A stretch of 64,000 nucleotides of DNA from Eledone cirrhosa (lineage: Eukaryota), in NCBI GenBank assembly GCA_964016885.1, contig OZ024741.1, positions 85,250,001 through 85,314,000 of the forward strand, given 5' to 3'. Position 1 is the stretch's first letter, and every line of letters begins with the position of its first letter. The notes beneath the pieces were generated by a model, which saw only the letters and a list, made by a program, of their open reading frames with translations, was not told the origin of the DNA and did not search any database. A program made the position numbers and the translations under genes. This document shows positions 12,801 to 23,769 of this stretch, in pieces.

Positions 12801-15195
12801 GATTTCATTTATTAGCCACAAGGGCCAACATGACATGTAGGGGACAATACAAAAACAGGGACAGTGGGGTTTACAATAAGGTCGAGTAAAAGTGCATAAT
12901 GGTAAGACTAATTTAACAATGAAGATATAAAAAATATAAAATAAACTATGCATAAATATAACAAAATAAATTCCCCGATAGGGGGTGGATGACCCTGGGG
13001 TGTCCCAGGTACCCCACTAATCCTGAACCACCCTGCGCTTCTAGGGCACCCAGGGAGAGCACCACTCTCCTCAAGTTAGCTAGCCTATAAGCGCATGGTC
13101 AGAGTAGGCCCATTCACACTGGCCATTCTCGCCACATTCATCCACCTTTTAGCAAATGTACTGGGGGGGGGGGGAGCAACACTTCTCTCTCCACCCTCAC
13201 CTTCCTTTCCAGGTGAAACTTGAAGAAGTTGATAAGGGATTGGCCGAAGAGAAAAGTGTCTGTCTTCAGTCCTTTTAATCTGGTCCTCCATATAACCTCT
13301 TTCGCAACGGCCACCAGACAGAGGAAAATTTCCTGCTCTTCCTGACCTAAGGAAGGTGGCGGGTCGATCTTCACTATGGACTCGGCCGATAGCCGGATTC
13401 GTTCCACATGCGACAGTAGCTGTTCGACATAACTCCACAAGTCAGTAATGCACATACATTGGACAAGTGCGTGCAGAACGGTTTCGTTATTCTGTGTGCA
13501 TCTTGGACAGGTCCATCTAACAGCACTTCCGTGCCTGTAGAGTTTATCCCGAACCGGCAGTGCCAAGCGAGGGATTTCTGGAAATTGTCCATCGTCCCCG
13601 GCTCGAAAGTCCTCCGGTACAGACTGGTCAGTTCGACTTCGTCGAGGCCCAAAGCTTCTCCGAGTGCGTCATCGCACTTGCCCACCACTAATCCTCTATA
13701 GAACTCGAGAGTGGAAGTTCCACTGATCGCATTGCCCGCTTGGTAGAGGGCAGTGAGTGCCTGACAACATTCCAGGTGCCAGTCACCCAGTCTTGGTCTC
13801 ATCTTGACCCAGGACTGCAGCTCAGTCAAAGAAACGAGCTGCGGAAAGGCCTGTCTGATAAACGGCGACCACACCTGTTCACCGTTTAGGAAGAATATCT
13901 GGAGATGTCGCAGCCTGAATGCATGTCTGCGCATCATTAGCCACGGCATGCCCAGCCCTCGGCGTAGAGGTTGCTGGCAGCAGATGGACCGCCCCACCAA
14001 CGGAACTTGTCCTCTCCACAAGAATGTGAAGAGGAGCCATTCCAACTTGACGAGGCGCGGACGGGGGCAAGGTACGACGGTCAGGCGGTAGTAGATGACG
14101 GTCGCGATGTACGCATTCGCCACCTCCGCGCGACCTTTCAGTGATAGCTTCCTCCCAGCCCATTTTTGGGTGAGACTGGCTCTGTTCATTACCTCGTCCC
14201 AATTCTTTTCCACCTGGAGGTCTGGTCCGAACCAAACTCCGAGCAACTTTACCGGTCCGTCCGTCCAGCGCCCCACAACCATGTTGGACGGCATAGGCTT
14301 GCCTCTCCAGGTTCTGATCTGCAAGCCCACGGACTTTTCGGGGTTAAGTTTGGCTCTTGTCAACATTTCAAACTCCTTCAATAAGGTGCCGACCACCTCG
14401 ATTTCTGAGGTGTCCGACACCATCAGGGTGATGTCGTCCGCATAAGCCGACACCGCCTTTCCACGTCCCGGTTCGAGCGGGATGCCCTGCAACAGATCCA
14501 GCTTCCGCAGTAAAGGCTCAGAGTCAATACGTACAGAAGGGAAGAGAGAGGGCACCCTTGAGGGACCGATCGGGAGAGCCGAAATGGTTCCTAGAGGTGG
14601 CCATTAACCTTGACCACCGAGCGTGTGCCGCTGTGCATTGCAGCGATCCAGCTTCTGAAGACAGAGCCGAAGCCAGCCGCTTTGAGGACAAACTCCAGAT
14701 ACCGATGGTCGACCCTATCGAATGCTTTCGATTGATCTAAATTGATCAGTGCTCCACCGAAGCCAGGTTTACACCCTACCCTCTCTAAGATGTATCGCAT
14801 GAGGTGGAGATTGTCGTGTACGGACCTGGTTGGGATTGCGCAAGTTTGCGCCTCCCCAACCAAATCCTCGACGACAAGCTCCAATCTCTTTGCTAACACC
14901 TTGGCCAAAATCTTAAACTCTGTGTTGAGCAGAGTTATGGGCCTGAAGTTGTCTAATATATCCCTCTTGTTCTCTTCTTTCCCCAGCTCACAGAACTGGG
15001 TATACTCCCATTCTGCTGCCAGTTTCAGTAGAGTGTTTCGAGGAGATCGGAGAACAAGTCTGGAATATTTACGTAAACCTCGTAGGGCACGCCATCCAAA
15101 CCGTGTGACTTGCACCTCATGCAGCCGACAAGGGCGTCCTGAATTTCGGCTGAAGTAATCGGCCTTTCGTAGCGCTCAGCGTCGACCGTCGAGAT
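12801..15195 (-). mobile_element. 5'-truncated degenerate L1/Tx1-type retrotransposon (RT plus C-terminal zinc finger, frameshifted)
   Basis: FRPITLLNTEFKILAK, LDQSKAFDRV, YADD, CPRC..ETVLHALVQC; 3' end cttgtggctaataaatgaaatc(att)n. Confidence 0.93.
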
Positions 15196-15634
15196 GGAAT
15201 AGCAACATCACAACTTACAATTAAGGACAGAATAAAAACACACTAACTAGTAACATATAAATAAACAAATAAATAAACAAAATAAAAACACACACAGACA
15301 CCCGGATGTAACACATGCGCAAACTAAGCGCACAACAGACTCAAAAACAAGATGGCGTAGGACAGAACAAAGGAGAGACACAAAACAAAGAAAAGAATCC
15401 CCAGTTACTGAAGAATGTGTGACGAAAGAACTTTGACAATATATGAACAACGGTCCTGTTGTGGAACCAACCAACCAAACGGAAATTTATAAATTTTTTT
15501 TTTTTTATTTATAATTTAATTTATAATAAATTGAAGTGAAAGCAACTGATGCGTGTGTTTCTTATTGGCAACATGACCCTCCCAAAGTATAACAATATAT
15601 ATATATATATATATATATACAGTATATATATATA

Positions 15635-15786
15635 TATATAGTAATGTATATGTTTAAATAAACACAGTAAATCTCGTGTCTAAAATTACGAGGGTATAAG
15701 ATACCACTCATTAGTGGTATCTTATACCCTCGTAATTTTAGACACGAGATTTACTGTGTTTATTTATACATATATATTACTATATA
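15635..15786. repeat. Near-perfect ~74-bp-arm palindrome with 4-nt loop in TA context
   Basis: aaataaacacagtaaatctcgtgtctaaaattacgagggtataagataccact-catt-agtggtatcttataccctcgtaattttagacacgagatttactgtgtttattt. Confidence 0.95.
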
Positions 15787-15973
15787 ATTGTTTCTACTTT
15801 AGGCACAAGGTCAGAAATTACCCAGTGCATTACTGGTACTTTATTTTATCGACCCCGTAAGGATGAAAGGCAAAGTCAACCTCGGCGGGATTTGAACTCA
15901 GATCGTAAAGGGACGTAACTATGCTGGAAAGCATGGCGTCCGACCCTCTACCGATATTGCAGTGTTGTCCCGC
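15786..15973 (-). mobile_element. Young tRNA-derived SINE copy
   Basis: Near-identical to 12461-12655. Confidence 0.88.
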
Positions 15974-16388
15974 TCTATATATTACTATATAATGCTCGGT
16001 ATTTATACTTTGAGCTTGTTTTAATTTCAGGGTACCTATATGAGTTAATAACTCTATATTTTATTTGTATATATATATCAAATTACAAAATATGAGGAAA
16101 GTCCTCAAACCCGACTGCACTATAAAAATGCATCATTGCTGTGAGGTTGATAAGGCTTATCAAGAGATTCCTCAGAAAAAAGGACTGTTTCTTGATGCGT
16201 TCGTACCAAGTGAGAAAATCTCTAGAGGCGGAGGGAAGAATTAACATGTGAGTGGTCATAAAAAGGACTGTTTCTTTCGTAGCAAGTGAGAACTTCTCGA
16301 GGGGCGGAGGGAGAAATTAACACAGGTGGACAGTGAGCGAATAACGTATTTGCTAGAAAAAGCAGTTAGTACACGCCTGAGTTAACTT

Positions 16389-16459
<71 letters not shown>

Positions 16460-16462
<3 letters not shown>

Positions 16463-17764
16463 GGTGTGGACGATATTTGTTCGCAATTTTCAACTGCTAA
16501 TTTTATGCAAAATTTTTTTACTTCCGTTGTCACTCTTGTCTTCATAAAAACAGTGACATATTTCCATTATTTATTTTCAGAATAATTGATTATGAATAAT
16601 TTTGAACCTCCAAATTTGTGGAAGAGACACGGAGTTCTTCTTGGAATCCGCGCCGGGAGGACAAATAAGGAAATTTCATACTTTCTCAGCGTCAGCAGGA
16701 GAATGGTTGAAAAGGTCAGAAAGGAATTGGAAGATTCAGTATTCGACTACGAAGCAACATCAGAGAGGAAAACACATGATCGACGATCTGACACCTTCAG
16801 AGCGCCCGAGTTCGTCGCTGAAGTTCAGGATATCATCAACAATGAACCTAGCAAGTCGATGCGTACCATTGCAAGGGAGAAAGGCGTGGATGAAAAGCTC
16901 ATTAGGCTGGTGGTACATGAAGACATTCGCTACGTTTCATACAAGATGAGGAAAGGACAATTTCTGTCGAAAGGCGATGCAAGAAAAGCGACTGAAGCAC
17001 GCAAAGAAGCTGATCAACAAGTTGAAACACCCACTGGATCCAGACATGCTGTGGTTTTTCTCCGACGAGAAAAACTTCTGCCAAGACCAGAAGATCAACT
17101 CCCAGAACAACAGGTGGCTCGCTGTCTCATCCAAAGAGTACCCAGAGTCATGCAGACAAAGTTTCCAGTGACAACATTGGTCTTAGGTGTCGTCAGCAGT
17201 CAAGGTGACGTCATACCACCTCATTTCTTCCCTGTGGGCCTCAAGCTGAACACCGATGGCTACCTCCGCGTTCTGAGCGAGGTAGTAAAGCCCTGGATCG
17301 ACCAGGTAGCTGCAGGTACCCCGCACGTGTGGCAGAAAGACTCAGCGCCCTGCCATACCAACCGAAAGACCCAAGCCTAGCTGTCAGAGAACTTCGTCGA
17401 CCACACTTCACCTGACACCTGGCCTCCCAGCTCGTCTGACTGCAACCCCCTCGACTTCTTTGTGTGGGGCGCAGTGGAACGAGATACCAACAGATCTAGC
17501 TGCAATACGAAAGACGATCTGAAGGCCAGGATCACAAGTGCCTTTAGGAGCCTAAGTCGGGGGACAGTGACGAAGGCCTGTAGCCGGTTCCGAGGCCGCC
17601 TTGAGGCCGTCATCAAAGCCAATGGCGGGTTTATCGAGTGAGATCGAAAGAACAAGTCATGAAGACAAACTGACCCAAGTTTGATAAATATATCTTAAAA
17701 AATAAAACTACTGTGTTATCTTTTCCTAGACAGTAATCTTGCGAACAAATATCGTCCGCACCCT
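16460..17764 (+). mobile_element. Tc1/mariner DD37D (maT-type) DNA transposon
   Basis: TIRs cagggtgtggacgatatttgttcgcaa / ttgcgaacaaatatcgtccgcaccct; TA target on the left; transposase inside. Confidence 0.92.
16592..17641 (+). pseudogene. DD37D transposase with two frameshifts and a stop at 17378-17380
   Basis: FFSDEKNF, WQKDSAPCH, WPPSSSDCNPLDFFVWG; 37 residues counted between the second and third Asp. Confidence 0.9.
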
Positions 17765-18205
17765 CCTCCTTCTTCCCGTTTGACCTGTGCGTAATTCTTT
17801 TCTTTCGCACTCTTGGTCAGGCTGGTTCGCTTCTTTTCTCTCTCTCGTCTACGATTTCACAGAACTTATGTTCACCGAATTCACAGACTAGATTCCTTCT
17901 TCCTCCCGTTAGACCTGTACGGAATTCCTTCCTTGCTCACATTCCAACCAGGTTTGATGGTCTTTATTCTCTCTCGTTCACGATTTCACCGAACTTATAT
18001 TCATGGAAATTTGGGACTTGACTCGTTCTTCCTCACTTTTCGTTGCTTCACCATCTTTGTTTGTTTACACTCTCGTGTCCCCTTTATTTACGTGTCCTAA
18101 CGACTTTTTTTAGCCGTTGCTCGCACCAACCGGAGGTATATGGTCTTTAAAGCGATGAAATACCAATGATGGTTGGAAGATCACTGATGAAGAACTAACT
18201 TTATT
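17765..18205. repeat. Second copy of the 8615-8853 repeat, with internal duplication
   Basis: 17970-18205 aligns to 8615-8853; 17840-17890 is a diverged internal repeat. Confidence 0.85.
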
Positions 18206-18380
18206 AATATATATAGAGAGAGAGGGTAAAGTTAGAAATATCACGGAAAATATATTTAAGGGTCTGTTTTTCTTTTTTGTCTCGTCAAAGTGACATTATT
18301 GAAAAGATAACATTATTGAAAAAATGTGAGGAACAATTCTTTTTAAAAAATAGTTTTATAATGTATATAAAGTATATAAA

Positions 18381-18426
18381 GTATTACCGGTTTCGATGTA
18401 TTATTAAATTCATCTTATCAAATGTT
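18381..18426 (-). ncRNA. Minimal hammerhead, U3-A8 core variant
   Basis: AACAT-TTGATAA-GATG..CATC-GAAAC-CG-GTA-ATAC; palindromic stem III; stem I weak. Confidence 0.55.
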
Positions 18427-19289
18427 GAGTATTGAAATAAAAATTAAAAAGAATTAATAGGAGTTAAAAACTAAAAATTAAGGATTTAAAATTAAAATCA
18501 AATGTTGGAGTAAGTTTTCTTCCATCTTTCTTGCTCAAAATTTGGTGGTAAGTGAAGATAGCAGCAGCTGTGTTTCTTTACAGAACAAAGTTGTTTTTTG
18601 AAAACATCCTGTAAATATGTGTGTGTATATCTGATTGTGTTAATTGACTGGGCAATAGTTCAAAAGGGGATGGGGAATTGTAAGCTAGGGGGTAAGTTCT
18701 GTGGCAGCATCAGGAGTGTAAGAGAAATTGTATTATTGGAATGTGGTTTTAGGGAGTGTGTGTATATATATATATATAAATATATATATATAAATATGAG
18801 GGTGTATATATAACAATACACACATGTGTGTGCGGGGGGTGTTGTAGTGAGTGTTTGTGTGTTTTTTTTTCAGCCTGTCTGTCACAGATCCCTTTGTGGT
18901 GGGAATATACGAAATTTTTTTCTTCAAAATTCAGAAAATTGTCAAAAACTAAAAACTATAATCCAAAGGATTGTCAGAATCTAAAAATTTTAAAATTTTA
19001 AAATATTCTTTTAAAAAAAGCCAGAGTAGAGTATCAGTAGTACGGGCAGTATCTTCTGCAATGAGTAATTTTTCTCTCTTATTTTGTGGTGTTTGTGAAT
19101 ATATATATAACAATGTACATATGTGGGCGGGGGTTGTGGTGTGTGTGTGTGTGTGTGTATTTTTTCAGCCTGTTTGTCACAGATCCCTTTGTGGTGGTAA
19201 ATTAAAAGTTTTTTCAAAATTTCAGAAAATTGTCAAAAACTAACAATTATTTTGTGGTGTGTATGGGGAGGCCTAATGGGGGTGATTAC

Positions 19290-21370
19290 ATATTTAGTTT
19301 TGGTTTAAATTTGTTAATAAATAGTTTTTCCTTATTTATTCTTTGTTGTTAAGTGAAAGCCTTTGTAAAGGGGGAAGATTTTAAAGTTGGGTACTAACTG
19401 CAATGTGGCTACTTAAGGGGATTTTCCTTGTGTTTACGTCTCGGATTTGTTGGCGATGGATGGTCATTCTTTAGCGTAATGATCCCGTCTGTCCTATATA
19501 GTTATGTCGACAGCCACCGCATGTGATTACATAGATCAGGTTCTCCGAGTTGCAAGTGAAGTTGTTTTTCACTGAAAAGTTTGGCCATCTTTAAACGTGA
19601 ATTTATGTCCTTCAGTTAAGTATAGGCATGTTCCACAGTTTGTTCTTCCGCATTTTGTTACCGTAAGGTTGGAGATAGGTCTGTGTGTATTTGTTGCAGT
19701 GATAATGTGTTTTAGTGATTTGGGTTGCCTTTTGCTTTTGATGATCTTGTGTGTTTCTAGAATTTTGTTCATTTTTTCATCTTTAAATAGAATGGGGAGG
19801 TTTTTGTGTAGGAGGTCGAACATTTCGGTGTTTCTGGGGTTGAACGTGGATACATATGGTAAGGTATTGTTTGTGGTTCTGTGCTTTGGGTTGTTGAGTT
19901 CATGAAAATTTGCGTTATGCTTTGTCTATAGCGTTATTAATTATGTCAAGTGGGAAGGCTCTTAATGTAAGTGTGTTTTTTAGTTCATTTAGTCTTTGTT
20001 CCCGTTTAGCTGGGTCTGATACTATGGTTCATATATGTTTGGCTAAATTAAAAGGAATGTTAAATTTTGTATGTTTTGGATGATTTGATGTGAATAGGAG
20101 GTACCGCTTGGAGTCCATGGGTTTATAAAAGATGTATGTTTCTATTTTCCCATCTGTTTTTATAATGAGAATATCCAAGAAGGCTAATTCCTTGGAGTTA
20201 GATTCCATTGTGAATTGTATATTATTGTTAATGTTGTTAATCATATTCTTGAAAAGAGTGAATGTATTCATGTATTCCTGCCATAGTATGAAGCAATCGT
20301 CTAGGTATCTCTTCCAATTATTTTTGAAATGTGTAAGGAAAGAGTCTCCGAATAATAAAAGGGATTGGTTGTAGATTTGTTGTTCTTGGATTCCCATGAC
20401 TAAGTTGGGGCTACCTTTGTGCCCATTGCAATCTCTGAGATTTGTCGGTATGTTGAGTCATTGAAAGTAAAGAAATTATTCTGTTGATGAGTGTTGGTAT
20501 TTCAGATTGGTGAGTGTCTAGCCAAAACTGGCTTGCTGTTATTCAATAGTTATGGGGTATGTTAGTGTAGAGGTTTACTACGTCAAAGGAGACAAGAATA
20601 GTGTTTTCACTTACTGTTTTGGGTAGGTGGTTCAGCATATCAAAGTCATCCCGTATGTAGCTCTGTATATGTTTTAGTAAGGGCCTCAGTAAGATGTCCA
20701 GGAAGTTGCTATGTCTGTGGGTTTCACATGCAGGGCCTGCTATAATTGGTCTGAGTTTTAAGTCTTCTGGTGGTGTTAATTGTATGTACTTGTTAGTCGA
20801 AGTGTCGCATGTATTGATTATGAGTTTACATTTATGTATCTTCGGTAAGCCGTAGAAAGCACTTGTATTACATTTGAAATGGCTTATGTATTCAAATTCC
20901 TTTGTGGTTAGGCTACTGCGGTATTTTTGTAGTAATGCTAGGAGGTTCCCCATTGTTTTAGTTTGTTTGTAGTTTACTGTTTTTTCGTAGTACCTGTTGT
21001 CGTCTAAGATTTTGAGTGCCAGGTCTCTATAGTAGTCAGTGTCCATAATGACCACAGTGCTCCCTTTATCGGCTTCTTTGATGGTTATTTCAGTGTTATT
21101 TCGCAGTGTAAATAATTCTTTCCGTTCGTGTTTGGAGAGGTTCGATTTCGTGTTTATTTGTAATTTGTTCATAGGGAAAATTGATGGTGCGTTCGCAATT
21201 AGTCTGAGCTTTCGGCAGAATTCCATGATGTCATCTTTCATTTCGGGGAATTTAGATTTCTGTGGTGTGGGTGTAAATTTCAGTCCTTTACTTAATATGT
21301 TAATTTGTGCGTTAGTTAGTGATATCTTTGAAAGGTTAATTAACTTCGGCTTCTCATGAGTGGGGGCCAT
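19290..21370 (-). pseudogene. PLE reverse transcriptase plus GIY-YIG endonuclease, fragmented
   Basis: ORFs 20543-21370, 20029-20397 and 19569-19823 plus a downstream GIY-YIG frame. Confidence 0.88.
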
Positions 21371-22169
21371 CGGATGTCCTGGTATTTCAGTCTTGTTCCT
21401 AAAAAAGGAATGTTGTTTTGGTTGTAATTGTAGTCTGCTTGTCTGTTTTGTATGGGTCTGTAGTTTTATTTTTACATGAGAGTTAATGTGGTGATGGGTG
21501 TGGTGTCTGTTGTAGTTGTTATTGTGTAAGAGTTCTGTTATGGGTTCATGTGGTCTGGGTTAGTTCCTTCTGGGATGCATAGTGTTGATTTTGTGGGGTT
21601 GTTTCTTGTAGTGTTGGGGGTGATATCTGTTGTAGTTGTTAATATGGAGAGGTTTTGTTGGGATATCATGTGGTCTGTGAGTTTCTTCTGGAGTGTATGG
21701 TGTTTGTGTTGTGGGTTAGTTCTATGTTGTTTTGGGGTTGGTTTCTGTAGGAGATACTATTGTGGGTACCTATATTGTGGTGGTTGGGCATGTTTCTTCT
21801 ACTGTAGTTGGTTGTATTTAGTCTGTGTAGAGTGGGGTTTTGTCTGTGGTTTATGTGTGTTGGGACTGGAAGTAAGCATGTTACTGAGGGGTTCTTCTTT
21901 TGTTTAATTTCTTTGTAAAGGGGTTATCTGTGTGATGCATTGGTGGAAGTCCTCTTCATATTTGAGGAACCAATTTTCAGATTTTTCCCATCGTTTTAAT
22001 GAGATTAGTTCTACATTCACGCAGTCCTGTTTCTAGAATTTAATTAAATTTTGTAGAGTTGGTCTCTCAGTGTGTTTCGTACATTCTAACGTCCACTTAA
22101 AAAATAGTTTTTAAATAATTAAAATATACACAGACATGTATATAATGTGAAATGAAATTGGAAGGCCCA

Positions 22170-22210
<41 letters not shown>

Positions 22211-22296
22211 GTATGTATATATGTGTGTGTGTATATATATGCGGTGTCTGTGACCTACATACACCGGTCACAGACAGACAAATATATATACACACA

Positions 22297-22337
<41 letters not shown>

Positions 22338-22454
22338 ACACACACAACCATATAAACACACACTTAAATACCCTTTCTATTTATCAGGATACAGTAATGT
22401 TGTATTCGTTTCTGTGAAGTCACCGGTTGTAATTTCATTCAACAACACCACCAG

Positions 22455-22487
<33 letters not shown>

Positions 22488-22932
22488 CTTCTCTGTCTCC
22501 TTCTCTCTCCCTCTCTATGTTTCTCTTTCAATCTACTCTCTCACAGCCACTGTCTCTTTCTCTCTATTCTTCTCTTTCTCTCTATTCATGAAGGAACCCA
22601 GAAAAAACCACATTTCGGGAACCTGTGGTCCGATTTGAACGAAACTTGTTCTATTCCATTTGTATTCCCGTTTCAGGGGCAACTTCCTTTCAAAGTATTT
22701 TTCCATTATGCACACTTTTCGCTGTATTACATTACAGAGAAGCGAGCAAGCAAGCAATCTAAGAATTTTAACAGTAGTATGTGTGTGTCTCTGTCTGCGG
22801 GGGGGGGGGGGTGAAGTTTCGTATTTCTAAAGAAATACGGTATGTTTACAGGTAAACATTTAGAAAGCTGTAGCTATGCAAAATACCGGAGCTAACGCCT
22901 TCTGGTGGTGTCTAGTAGAAGCAAGGGGCACA

Positions 22933-22976
22933 ATCGTCGATGCATTTCGAACTTAACTGGTTCCCATCAGGACGAT
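22933..22976 (-). ncRNA. Minimal type I hammerhead (A9>G in this copy)
   Basis: ATCGTC-CTGATGG-GAAC-CAGTTAA-GTTC-GAAA-TGC-ATC-GACGAT; 6-bp stem I, 4-bp stem II, palindromic ATGCAT stem III. Confidence 0.8.
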
Positions 22977-23312
22977 CCCTCCCACGCTTGCGGTCGTTGG
23001 ACTTGAAGACAGGCGAGGGTATTTGGTTTTCTCGTCTGTATAAATGAGTTGATTAATCTCATTTGCATATGAAGCTGCATAAGTTGGCTCAACTTATAAT
23101 AGAATAGAAATAGGATTTAGCCTCATGCATAGCTGTATACAGATATGTATTGGAGTTTCGTATTTCTTTAGAGGTAAACATTCTATTCTTTATAAGTTGA
23201 GCCAACTTATGCAGCTTCATATGCAAATGAGATTAATCACCTCATTTACACAGACGAGAAAACCATATATTCTCTCCTGTTTTCAAGTCCAGCAGTCTCA
23301 CGCATACGAGGG

Positions 23313-23356
23313 ATCGTCCTAATGAGAACCAGTTAAGTTCGAAATGCATCAACGCT
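23313..23356 (+). ncRNA. Minimal type I hammerhead (G5>A in this copy)
   Basis: ATCGTC-CTAATGA-GAAC-CAGTTAA-GTTC-GAAA-TGC-ATC-AACGCT; the consensus with the other copy is a canonical CTGATGA core. Confidence 0.75.
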
Positions 23357-23769
23357 TGTCCCCCTTGCTTCTACTGGACACCACCAGAGGGCGTTAGCCC
23401 CGGTGTTTTGCATAGCAACGGCTTTCTAAATGTTTACCTGTAAACATACCGTATTTCTTAAGAAATACGAAACTCCCATACATATCTGTATACAGCTATG
23501 CATGAAGCTAAATCCTAATTCTAATATATATATATGTGTTATATTTACATATAACACATATATATATAACACATATATAATGTTATATAATGTTATATAT
23601 ATATAACATTAGGTATGAATTGAAGTTGTAGCTGCCTTCTAACAGGTATATATTTATATATATATATATACAAATTAGATGGATAGTCCTATTTCTAATT
23701 CTTCATTTTAATTTGTATATCGCATGTGCAACAACACAGCACGCCATTTTTCATATATATATATATATT

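Larger units (their letters stand above)
18222..22170 (-). mobile_element. Penelope-like element (Neptune/Naiad-like), degenerate; 5' boundary uncertain
   Basis: LSKGLKFTPTP, IKEADKGSTVVIMD, FYGLPKIHK, SFDVVNLYTNIP, RYLDD, CGRTNCGTC linker, LIYVITCGGC..YIGQT GIY-YIG; HHR-bearing 3' terminus. Confidence 0.9.
22815..23523. mobile_element. Retrozyme-like non-coding element: two inverted, circularly permuted copies of a ~339-nt unit
   Basis: 22815-23108 is the reverse complement of 23181-23475; agtttcgtatttct recurs at 22815 and 23154; one HHR per unit; ends in (TA)n. Confidence 0.8.
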
